DNA of 64,000 bases from Alphaproteobacteria bacterium (lineage in GTDB: Bacteria; Pseudomonadota; Alphaproteobacteria; RF32; CAG-239): NCBI GenBank assembly GCA_017460085.1, contig JAFUBQ010000009.1, forward strand, positions 6,237-70,236, given 5' to 3'. Positions within the stretch are counted from its first letter, which is position 1; each line of letters opens with the position of its first letter. A program made the translations under genes and the position numbers. Shown piece after piece: positions 29,270 through 38,212 of this stretch. The notes beneath the pieces are model-generated. The model searched no databases. It saw nothing but the letters and a program-made list of their open reading frames with translations, and was not told the DNA's origin.

Positions 29270-29782
29270 TTATGCTTTCAACTGTTCCAAAACATAATCA
29301 TCATCAAATGCTTGGTTATTTTTGGCGATGTCATAAGCCGTTTGACCTTTATTATTTTTAATAGTCAGGTCAGTTTTTGCCATCAATCCACGAACAACAT
29401 TCATACGCATTGATACTTGCGGATGATGTAGCGCATCCATCAATGGTGTCCAACCATCATTATCTTGTGCGTTTGGATTAGCACCGACATCAATAAGCAA
29501 TGCCAAACATTCAAACGAACTGCGATGCCGTGCCATTATATGTAATGGCGTTGAACCTTCATCATTTTGAGAATTGACATTTCCACCTTGTTGTAAGAAT
29601 AACTGGATAATCTCTGGGTTTGAATGTTCCTTACAAACCCACAAAAATGGTGTCCATTTATGATGGTTATAAGGCAAATTTACCTTTACACCTTTAATAA
29701 ACAAATCTTTAACTGTATTGAAATCATCTTCATATAATGCGTTCATTAACTGCTGACGCATATCATTCTGAATATTAGTCAT
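29270..29782 (-). CDS. Ankyrin repeat protein
   Basis: KWTPFLWVC, GSTPLHIMA, GWTPLMDAL, GQTAYDIA repeats. Confidence 0.9.
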   Translation of the reverse strand: MTNIQNDMRQQLMNALYEDDFNTVKDLFIKGVKVNLPYNHHKWTPFLWVCKEHSNPEIIQLFLQQGGNVNSQNDEGSTPLHIMARHRSSFECLALLIDVGANPNAQDNDGWTPLMDALHHPQVSMRMNVVRGLMAKTDLTIKNNKGQTAYDIAKNNQAFDDDYVLEQLKA

Positions 29783-29993
29783 CTTAAAATCTCCTGTTTA
29801 GTCCGCTTTAAGTGGGACAAGTTTGGTTAAATTCACTTTTCGCTTATGATTTAAACATATCAGCGATTCACTGTCAAGCAATTAATTATAAAAAAATAAA
29901 TTAATTTCTTGATTCTACATGATTTTATTTTAAATTCAGTGACTTGAATCAGTCATAAATATTATTAGTAGATAATAAAATTACAGGAGAACT

Positions 29994-30314
29994 ATGATGA
30001 AAGTATTGATTGAAACCATTAAGAACCGCAAAGGATACAAGCATTTCAAAGATGAAAATGATATGAATGACTATTTGAGTAAGCATAGCGATAGTATTGC
30101 TAATTATGAAATATTAAATGAATACGATGTTGCTGTTGAAGAAACAAATGAAATGCTTCAATCATTCATTGATGACTGTGAAACAATACACAACAAGTTG
30201 TTCTGGTTATTTAGACAGCACGAGCGTATAAACGAAAAGTATTCATTGAAACTTATAAATGCTGCTGGTCGTCTCTATGATGGTATAAGTGCCATTAAGA
30301 AATGCTTGAGATAA
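29994..30314 (+). CDS. Hypothetical protein
   Basis: 106 aa ORF with CAGGAG SD. Confidence 0.7.
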   Translation: MMKVLIETIKNRKGYKHFKDENDMNDYLSKHSDSIANYEILNEYDVAVEETNEMLQSFIDDCETIHNKLFWLFRQHERINEKYSLKLINAAGRLYDGISAIKKCLR

Positions 30315-30327
30315 TTAAACCGACATA

Positions 30328-30942
30328 TTATTGTGTCGGTTCTTTCGTGGAGTAATTTTCATCTTCATTTGTATTATTATCCGCTGTCGGTGGAATATAT
30401 ACAACACCTCCGCAATCTATCAATAAGTTGGCTATTTCTATTTCCATTTGATTTAATGCCATCATTAAAGGTGTTTCAAAACGCACGTTAATCCAATTTA
30501 CATCAATTCCATTATCAATCAATAATTTGATTGCCTTTAGTTTCATATCCGTAGGCATATTTGGATTTTGAATTACATACATTAAAGCATTTTCACCAAG
30601 CGCGTCATTTCTGTTTATCTCTGCTCCCTTACTTATGATATATTCAATTCCTTCTGTATCTTCGCTCATACCGCAGGAAATTAACAATAATGTTCTTCTC
30701 ATTTTATCCATTGGTGCTTCTAATTTGAAATAAGGATTATCCGTCATTAGTTTTTCTATACTTTTGGCATCATCAACCAATAAATGATATTCTTCTGTTT
30801 TATTTGTATCAGGTATTTCATCAAATGGCTTATACTGAACTCTGCTGCTGATTTTCTTGAGTTCATTAAGTGCTGTTTCAATTTCACTGATGTGATAATA
30901 TCTGCTGTATGTATTGGTGTTTTTATTATATGATTTTATCAT
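30328..30942 (-). CDS. Ankyrin repeat protein
   Basis: GENALMYVI, NGIDVN, FETPLMMAL; AGGAG SD. Confidence 0.8.
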   Translation of the reverse strand: MIKSYNKNTNTYSRYYHISEIETALNELKKISSRVQYKPFDEIPDTNKTEEYHLLVDDAKSIEKLMTDNPYFKLEAPMDKMRRTLLLISCGMSEDTEGIEYIISKGAEINRNDALGENALMYVIQNPNMPTDMKLKAIKLLIDNGIDVNWINVRFETPLMMALNQMEIEIANLLIDCGGVVYIPPTADNNTNEDENYSTKEPTQ

Positions 30943-31440
30943 AATTTTCTCCTTAATTTATTATTATGTCAATTACCTCATAAAATATTTATTGAGTGAA
31001 TTTTGGTGATTTGAATTTGAGCAAATTGACCCGATAAATATTCGTGTAGTCCTCCTTTATGACTATTTTTATTATTATGAATATAAATCTCATTTTAGCA
31101 GCACAGTCCTGTCGTGCTGCTTTTCCTTTGAAATTACATAATATTTTTATGTGCGAGCAATTTATACGATTCATTTGTTGTCAATATAATTATTTGTATT
31201 TCGGATAAATTTATTACTTTAAATCGGATGGGTAATTTGCTATTATAATTTTGTAAGTTAAATGGATGTCTTCAATCCCATTTTATTGGCTTTTCCTTCT
31301 ATTTTAATACCGAATAAAAAGGAAATATATTTTTGCTGGAAGTCTATTATAATATATTTTTTCTTTCTATTTTAATTATATTATAGGACTTTAAAACACC
31401 TCTAAAAGTGGCTCTATATAATGGATTGATGATTTGTATA

Positions 31441-31584
31441 CGGAAACATTTATTTTCGGCAACGGAAATACAAATATTCACCAACGGAAATATCCATTTC
31501 AAAAGCGGAAACAGTTATTTCCAAATATTTTAAATACGGAAATATTCATTTTTAACATATTTAAAAGTGGAAATATCCATTTCC
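31441..31584 (+). repeat. Six phased (C/T)GGAAA-cored direct repeats, iteron-like
   Basis: Starts at 31441, 31463, 31485, 31506, 31537, 31568; best consensus CGGAAATATCCATTTC. Confidence 0.7.
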
Positions 31585-31630
31585 GATACTCATAAACAAT
31601 AGATTTAATAATAAACATAGGAGTAATTGA

Positions 31631-32158
31631 ATGCCTGAAAGTATAGAAAAAATAACAAGAGCAAAGAGAGATATTATACAGTTTATCATTTTCAGAACCA
31701 AAAGCAGACCGACATTTTTCGGCAGCAATAAAAATATTGCCAACGAATTACAACTGAAAGAAAGTTCAGTCAAAGTAATGATAAACCAACTTATAAGAGA
31801 TGGATATTTGATAAAAGAAATGCGTGGCAAGCAGCGTCATTTATTATATACAGGAAAACCAGTGCCACGATGCTATGAGAATTTTGCTAATACTGATAAA
31901 CATATACTGGTACAAGATATTGATAATTATAAACGAGATGCCGAATATTATCAAAAGGAATATAATGCCGAGCATTATCACTGCGAGCAAGTTTTGAAAG
32001 AGAATTCATTACAAAAGGATAAATTATTTGAACAGCAAGCAGAACTTTATCATAAGGATATTATTATTGACTCATTGCTGGCAGAACTATTTCCACAAAA
32101 TAATATACCTGCAATGGAAATGTATGATGAAAATAACAATTTGATAGCAACATTTTAA
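31631..32158 (+). CDS. Winged-HTH protein with coiled coil, putative replication/regulatory protein
   Basis: SNKNIANELQLKESSVKVMINQLIRDGYL HTH; AGGAG SD; downstream of the repeats. Confidence 0.65.
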   Translation: MPESIEKITRAKRDIIQFIIFRTKSRPTFFGSNKNIANELQLKESSVKVMINQLIRDGYLIKEMRGKQRHLLYTGKPVPRCYENFANTDKHILVQDIDNYKRDAEYYQKEYNAEHYHCEQVLKENSLQKDKLFEQQAELYHKDIIIDSLLAELFPQNNIPAMEMYDENNNLIATF

Positions 32159-32173
32159 TATAGGAGAAGTAAT

Positions 32174-32326
32174 ATGAATAATACAAAAAACTGGCTTTAT
32201 AAATGGATTAATAGTAATTCAACTCAATATACCTCAAAAAATTGGATACACAGATGGATTAGTAGCAGTTCAGCACTAACTCCGACAAAAGATTGGTTAA
32301 ATAAATGGAGCAAAACAGGAATGTAG
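32174..32326 (+). CDS. 50 aa Trp-rich repeat peptide (below ORF-track cutoff)
   Basis: AGGAG SD; MNNTKNWLYKWINSNSTQYTSKNWIHRWISSSSALTPTKDWLNKWSKTGM. Confidence 0.65.
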   Translation: MNNTKNWLYKWINSNSTQYTSKNWIHRWISSSSALTPTKDWLNKWSKTGM

Positions 32327-32558
32327 TCTTAATAGCAGACGGCATTTTTTATATGTAATTTATAAAAATTGAGAAAAAATAATCAGAAATTTTAATGGGA
32401 AAAATTGAAAATCAGGTTTTTCAAAAATCAAAACTATAAAATTTCAGCGTAATTTTATAGTCAAAAATCGCACTTTACACGGTTAGAAGCCATATTTTAC
32501 CTGATTTTCAGCCCAAAATTGCACTAATTTAAATGTTTTATAGTCAGATACTATAAAT

Positions 32559-33170
32559 TTATAGTGTATTTTCCAGTTCCATACGTTTAATGAACCGTGA
32601 GAGTGTCATATACTGAACACCCATAATTTTTGATATTTGGTTCTTTGAAACACCTTTGGCTAATAAATCTTGAATGCGCCTGATATTTTTTGATAGTTTC
32701 AAACGTTTTGATGCCGCTCCGACAGGACGACCGAGTTTTATGCCGTGTTCTTTTTTTGATGCTAATGAACACTTTGTGCGCTGCGAAATTAAATCTCGTT
32801 CTATTTGTGCTGCCAATCCAAAAGCAAAGGCAAGCACCTGTGATTGTAAATCATTACCAAGCCGATAATTCTCTTTAATAGTTATAATCTGACAATTTTT
32901 ATTCAGGCATATTTGTAAAATGGAAAAAGTTTCAGGCACACTGCGGCTGATACGGCTTAATTCGCTGGTGATTAAAATATCATTCGGTTGGAGTTTATCC
33001 AATAATTCACCGAGTTTTCGTTTGTGTAGCGGTTTGCGAGAAGATATTGTTTCTTCAATCCATTCATCTATTTTCATATTATTTTTAGCCGCATACTCAT
33101 TTATTTCATACTCCATATGCTGATAAGATTGTTTTTCGGTACTCTTTCTGATATATCCATATGTTGTCAT
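32559..33170 (-). CDS. Serine recombinase resembling the Bacteroides Mpi master invertase family
   Basis: YGYIRKST (catalytic Ser), EETIS, SELSRISR, IKENYRLGNDLQSQVLAFAFGLAAQIERDLISQRTK, C-terminal HTH. Confidence 0.88.
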   Translation of the reverse strand: MTTYGYIRKSTEKQSYQHMEYEINEYAAKNNMKIDEWIEETISSRKPLHKRKLGELLDKLQPNDILITSELSRISRSVPETFSILQICLNKNCQIITIKENYRLGNDLQSQVLAFAFGLAAQIERDLISQRTKCSLASKKEHGIKLGRPVGAASKRLKLSKNIRRIQDLLAKGVSKNQISKIMGVQYMTLSRFIKRMELENTL

Positions 33171-33235
33171 TGCATTTCCTTTTGTTGTATTTATCACTAA
33201 TAACAATAAGTTATGCATAAAAAGTTCCTCAAAAA

Positions 33236-33410
33236 AAAGGAACGATAAAATCAACTAGTTTTTTCACTAAAATTAACAATTTTTTTTGTAGATACAATTT
33301 TCACTAAATTTTGTATTAAACCTTATATTTCAATGATTTCAGCATATTTAATAATCTCAAATGAAAATACATAAACGCAAATATCACTCATTCAACATAA
33401 TCGTTCCTTT
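33236..33410. promoter_or_regulatory. Candidate invertible segment bounded by 11-bp inverted repeats
   Basis: AAAGGAACGAT (33236-33246) and ATCGTTCCTTT (33400-33410) between the invertase and adhesin starts. Confidence 0.45.
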
Positions 33411-33488
33411 ATGTTAAGGCTTGAATCGTATAACTTACCAAAGTTATGCAAAACAGAGATTTTATATAAAATTTTATGAGGTAATAAT

Positions 33489-35750
33489 ATGAATAGTATA
33501 AAGAAAAATGTTTTGCTTAGTGCAACTGCGTTAGGTCTTGTATTTTCATTTAATGCAAATGCTGATACAACAATAACAAAAGAGGCATTACTTGCAGATT
33601 TAAACGACACAACATATACTGATGGCTCATTTGATACATCAATGGGTAAACAATATGTTAGTGGGGGCGATTGGTCAGATGAATATGCTCAATATAAGTT
33701 TGATTCAAATAATGATGGCGAAGCAGATGCTTCATTATCAGGGAAAACACTCGGAGATACATCTATTGATTTTACTCAAGAGGCTTTCCAATTCACCGAC
33801 CAAAATGGTGATACAACAGATTTATCAGAGAAACCAACTGGTTTGAATACTACTGATTTTGATAAAGCTGCAACAATCATTGCGGCTGAAGTCGGTACAT
33901 CTTCACATAGTGGTAATAATCTAGGTACTACAACAACAGTTACTCAGGATACATATTCTTATATGGCTGATACGACAGGCACAGGAACACCAACCGCACA
34001 TACATTGACAGATAATGCTCCTGCATTAACAGATTTTTCTAAAACAATTACTTTGACAGGTAGCCAAAATCATGGCGATGTAGTTGTAACTGGTGATTCA
34101 GATGATGGAATGCCTCAACAAAGCGACTATACGTTTATCATTACAAAGGCGGATAATACTGAATCTGGTAAAATTTCTTGGGTTAAAACAGGAAGTAGTT
34201 ATACAATTAATGCTTCTGTTGAAGGAGATTTGGATAATGATGCTGATATGGCAGCCGCTATTGCGCAAGCAAAATTAGAATTCCAAGCATATAGCAATGA
34301 TGTAACAGCATTTAATAATGCTAAAGCAACAAATGCTACTAATCTTGATACAGCAACATCAAATTATAACACAGTAAATAATGCTTATACAGCCGATGCT
34401 GCACTTCAAGAAAGTATCACAACAAATTACAATAACTATACAACTTCATATTCTACCGCAGATACAAATCGTATAGCGGCAAAGACTGCTTTGAATGATA
34501 CATTTACGCAATATACAACTGACGTTAATAAATATACGACAGCAAAAGCAGCGGTTGATGCTTATGACAATTCCATATCTGCTGCTGTTGATAACAGGTC
34601 ACAAAATCAAATCAGTGAATCATTAAAAGATGGTGGAGCAGTTAAAACTGCAATTGATAATGCTGTTGCTTATGATAATACAACATCTGGTTTAGAAGCA
34701 ACAACTATGCAGGATGCTATTGATGAAAATGTAAAAGCAATTGCTGACGAAGCAGAACGTGCTGATGCCGCTGAAAAAGCAAATGCAAAAGCAATTGCTG
34801 ACGAAGCAGAGCGTGCTGATGCCGCTGAAAAAGCAAATGCAAAAGCAATTGCTGACGAAACAGAACGTGCTGATGCTGCTGAAAAAGCAAATGCAAAAGC
34901 AATCGCTGATGAAGCAGAACGTGCTGATGCTGCTGAAAAAGCAAATGCAAAAGCAATTGCTGACGAAGCAGAACGTGCAACTACGGCAGAAACTAATTTA
35001 GATAAAGCCATTAAAGCCGAAGTAAAAAGAGCAACAGGCATTGAAGGTGATATGGCTAACTTAGAAGCAACTTACAGCGGCAATCTTGCTGCTAAAGGTT
35101 CAACAATTGCTGAACACTTTGCTGCTGTTGATACTCGTATGGGTAAAATTAACAATCTGTTTGATGGTTCAAAAGTAAATTCAACAACTGTTAAATCAAC
35201 AACAGGCGCAGGTTCTAACTTAGCAAAAGGAACAACAGTGGAAGACCACCTTGTAAGCATTGATAATGCAATCGGTGACAGAACAAATCTTGGTTCAAAG
35301 AATGCATCTGTTAATAGTGAAGTTAAGACCAGTGTTGCTGCAGGTTTGAAAGCCGCAGGTGATGCAATTGGTGATGCTGACTTCTCTACAACTAAATATG
35401 CTGTAGGCGCAACAGACCTTTCTTCTGCAATCAGACAATTAGACACATCTATGGCAGAAACTCAAGCACACAATGATGCTCGTTTTGCTGCAATAGATAA
35501 TCGCATTGATGGATTGCGTAAAGAAATGAGACAAGGTTTGGCTGCTACTTCTGCATTAGCAGGTTTAGTTCCGCTTGATAATTCATACAAAACACAGTTA
35601 AGTATGGCTATGGGTGGATACGAAGACAAACAAGCCGTTGCACTCGGTGGTTTCCATTATATCAAAGATAACATCATTTTGAATGCTGGTGTTGCATATG
35701 GTGGAAGCAAGAGTACTGCTTATAAAGTTGGCGTAACTTTTGGTTTCTAA
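33489..35750 (+). CDS. Trimeric autotransporter adhesin (YadA-type anchor)
   Basis: Signal peptide; Thr/Asp/Ala-rich passenger; coiled-coil stalk; anchor RQGLAATSALAGL...AYKVGVTFGF. Confidence 0.92.
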   Translation: MNSIKKNVLLSATALGLVFSFNANADTTITKEALLADLNDTTYTDGSFDTSMGKQYVSGGDWSDEYAQYKFDSNNDGEADASLSGKTLGDTSIDFTQEAFQFTDQNGDTTDLSEKPTGLNTTDFDKAATIIAAEVGTSSHSGNNLGTTTTVTQDTYSYMADTTGTGTPTAHTLTDNAPALTDFSKTITLTGSQNHGDVVVTGDSDDGMPQQSDYTFIITKADNTESGKISWVKTGSSYTINASVEGDLDNDADMAAAIAQAKLEFQAYSNDVTAFNNAKATNATNLDTATSNYNTVNNAYTADAALQESITTNYNNYTTSYSTADTNRIAAKTALNDTFTQYTTDVNKYTTAKAAVDAYDNSISAAVDNRSQNQISESLKDGGAVKTAIDNAVAYDNTTSGLEATTMQDAIDENVKAIADEAERADAAEKANAKAIADEAERADAAEKANAKAIADETERADAAEKANAKAIADEAERADAAEKANAKAIADEAERATTAETNLDKAIKAEVKRATGIEGDMANLEATYSGNLAAKGSTIAEHFAAVDTRMGKINNLFDGSKVNSTTVKSTTGAGSNLAKGTTVEDHLVSIDNAIGDRTNLGSKNASVNSEVKTSVAAGLKAAGDAIGDADFSTTKYAVGATDLSSAIRQLDTSMAETQAHNDARFAAIDNRIDGLRKEMRQGLAATSALAGLVPLDNSYKTQLSMAMGGYEDKQAVALGGFHYIKDNIILNAGVAYGGSKSTAYKVGVTFGF
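34733..34978 (+). repeat. 54-bp tandem repeat, ~4.5 copies (KAIADEAERADAAEKANA)
   Basis: Units start at 34733, 34787, 34841, 34895, 34949. Confidence 0.95.
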
Positions 35751-35763
35751 GGTTGAGCAACTG

Positions 35764-35794
35764 GAGAAGGGCATACTTTGCCCTTCTCTTTTTT
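35764..35794 (+). terminator. Intrinsic terminator after adhesin
   Basis: GAGAAGGGCA-loop-TGCCCTTCTC plus T-tract. Confidence 0.85.
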
Positions 35795-35809
35795 TATAAG
35801 GGTAAATTT

Positions 35810-36268
35810 ATGATAAAATATATACTTTCTATAATTGCAATAGTGGCTCTTAATATCGGAACGTTATTCTGTTATACAAGATTAGTTTCTATTCCTAAAA
35901 TTGCCGTTGTGGATATATCTAAAATTGTTGAAAAGTCAGAAAAAGTAAAAGAATTACGAGATGACAACAATAAAAAACTTGATGAACTTGAACAGTGGAT
36001 TGAAGAATCAAGAGTAAAAGTTCAAAAAGAAAAAGATAAAGCAAAAAAAGAACAGTTAATTGACCAATATCAAGATATAGCACGCCAGAGAGAAAATATC
36101 ATCAAGCATAACTATGAAGCAAAATTACAAGAGATAAATGATGAAATATCTGCAACAATAAAGAAAACAGCAAAAAATAATGAATGCAACGTAATTATAT
36201 TGAATAATGTTATTATGGAAGGTGGCTTAGACATTACAGATGAAGTATTAAAAAATTTGCCGATGTAA
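35810..36268 (+). CDS. OmpH/Skp family periplasmic chaperone
   Basis: N-terminal hydrophobic segment, KIAVVDISKI, coiled coil, GGLDITDEVLKNL. Confidence 0.85.
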   Translation: MIKYILSIIAIVALNIGTLFCYTRLVSIPKIAVVDISKIVEKSEKVKELRDDNNKKLDELEQWIEESRVKVQKEKDKAKKEQLIDQYQDIARQRENIIKHNYEAKLQEINDEISATIKKTAKNNECNVIILNNVIMEGGLDITDEVLKNLPM

Positions 36269-36741
36269 TAGATTAAATCAATAAATTTTTTCATATCTAT
36301 TAAGAGTTGGAGCAGGTAATATAGTTAATTTAACGATATAGTTGCTATCTACTTTGCTCTATAGGCACAGTGTTAGTTCCAAAAATGTGCCGAATGGGAA
36401 GTTATCGCCATACTTCCCATTTTTTATTAGTTATTTTATGGGAAATCAACAATTATTTGTGGATAAATGTACAGTTAATGCAAAAACATTATTGTTCTAT
36501 AAAATATGCCCAAACAATAATATTATTATACAAATAATAATTAAAATATATTGATTGTATATTCTATATTTGATTTAAAAATGAACACTCTGCAGTAGGA
36601 AAATTATGTAAATTATTAAATTTCAGAAAACAATTAACTACTGTTATGTAATGCAAAGACGATTTTACGCTTACATTCGGAGGAATACATATAATTATAG
36701 TACATTATATAACTTAAAGAATGTATTATATAAATCTATAA

Positions 36742-37302
36742 CTATATCTTCTCAATATCTTTCAAATATCCGTATAATGTCGGTCGGCTGATATGTAGTT
36801 CTTTAGCGATTTTGGTTAAGGAATAACGCTTGGCATACATATCTTTGGCAATTTCAATTTGTTCTGCCGATAATTTTTTCTTTCTTCCCTTGTACTTTCC
36901 TTCAGCCTTTGCTAGGGCAACTCCTTCACGCACACGAGATGCTATCAATTCACGTTCCATTTCTGCCACAGCACCGAGCATTGTCAGCATTAACTTTTGT
37001 ATTGGGTCATTTGTATCGCTGCTGAATGTCAAATTCTCTTTCTTAAAATGAATAGTAGCACCTTTTTTAGTAATTGTATCAACAATTTCCAAAAGGTCTC
37101 TTGTATTGCGAGCCAATCTACTCATTTCGTGAACCTCTACTCTGTCATTTGGTCTTATAATATCAAGCATTAACTGTAATTGTGGTCTATCTGTATTCTT
37201 GCCTGATAACTTATCTTCAAAAATTCTGTCATAATCATTATCAACAAGTTGTCGTGCATCATTTTGATGAGTGGTTGAAGTTCTAACATAAAGTATTTTC
37301 AT
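36742..37302 (-). CDS. Serine resolvase/invertase with C-terminal HTH
   Basis: LYVRTST, FEDKLSGK..DRPQL, MSRLARN, ERELIASRVREG, GRKKKL, ISRPTLY. Confidence 0.93.
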   Translation of the reverse strand: MKILYVRTSTTHQNDARQLVDNDYDRIFEDKLSGKNTDRPQLQLMLDIIRPNDRVEVHEMSRLARNTRDLLEIVDTITKKGATIHFKKENLTFSSDTNDPIQKLMLTMLGAVAEMERELIASRVREGVALAKAEGKYKGRKKKLSAEQIEIAKDMYAKRYSLTKIAKELHISRPTLYGYLKDIEKI

Positions 37303-37681
37303 TTTTCCTATTCCTTATCTATAAAGTTTATTATGTTATACTTTACAAATTGTAAAATGTCAATACTTTTATATGTAATTTTTACAATTTTTATATGTTA
37401 TCTTTACACTTGGTAAGTATTATGTATGACTGTAGTCTATTTTTACATACATCAGCATCATTTTTTTATATAAATTTTATAATCTGATATAAAAAATATT
37501 TTCAAATGAAACAAACACATAATCAATAGTTATAATTTTAAATCATTTCGTCTGTGAAAAAGTATATAAAATTAACATCTTTTTAATTGTATTGAATAAA
37601 AATGCTGCTCGGAATAAACATTAAATATACTTAAATTATACAATTTTTGTATATCAACTCTATTTGTAAAGGATTAAAAAA

Positions 37682-38173
37682 ATGGCGAATAATCAAGAAA
37701 ATAGCACGAAGAAAACTATTACTTATGAAGGATGGAGCGATAAAGTTGCTTCTGATGTATTAAATAATTCTAAAATGGAAAAAGTTAAAGCAAGCATTAA
37801 AAATAATATTGCGATGAATATAAATTATTATCAGCATAATATTGATAATGCTATGAAATTATCTCCTACCGTTAGAATTTTGAAGGATATGGAAGATTAT
37901 ACAACAGTTATTCTGCGTTGCGGCACATTCCCGATTTGGAAAAATACTGTTAAAAAAGGTGTATTTAAACCTGTTGAAATTCTTGAAGATTTGAAGGCAA
38001 AAGTTGATGCTGACTTCTTTAAGAAAGAAATTCTCTCATATTTGGATAAGAAAAAGGCAAGTTCTTCAAACACTACTGATAGTAGCAGTAAAGGCAAAAA
38101 GTCTGGTAAAGGTAAATCAAGCAGCAAAGCATCCGCTTCTAAAAGCAAAAAAGAAACAACCTCTGCCGAATAA
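37682..38173 (+). CDS. Hypothetical protein with Lys/Ser-rich tail
   Basis: 163 aa ORF, AAAGGA SD, followed by hairpin 38189-38216. Confidence 0.75.
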   Translation: MANNQENSTKKTITYEGWSDKVASDVLNNSKMEKVKASIKNNIAMNINYYQHNIDNAMKLSPTVRILKDMEDYTTVILRCGTFPIWKNTVKKGVFKPVEILEDLKAKVDADFFKKEILSYLDKKKASSSNTTDSSSKGKKSGKGKSSSKASASKSKKETTSAE

Positions 38174-38212
38174 TGTATAATTTGATATAAGGGGGATGTA
38201 ATTTCATCCCCT

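Noticed and set aside
31441-31584. Possible CRISPR array or protein-coding repeat
   Set aside because: Repeat cores are too short and degenerate, spacers too short, no cas genes, and no continuous reading frame
28341-32158. Prophage call for the island
   Set aside because: No terminase, portal, capsid, tail or lysis gene recognised
34670-35446. Alternative-frame repetitive ORFs in the adhesin
   Set aside because: Shadows of the 54-bp tandem repeat and of Ala/Thr-rich codon usage
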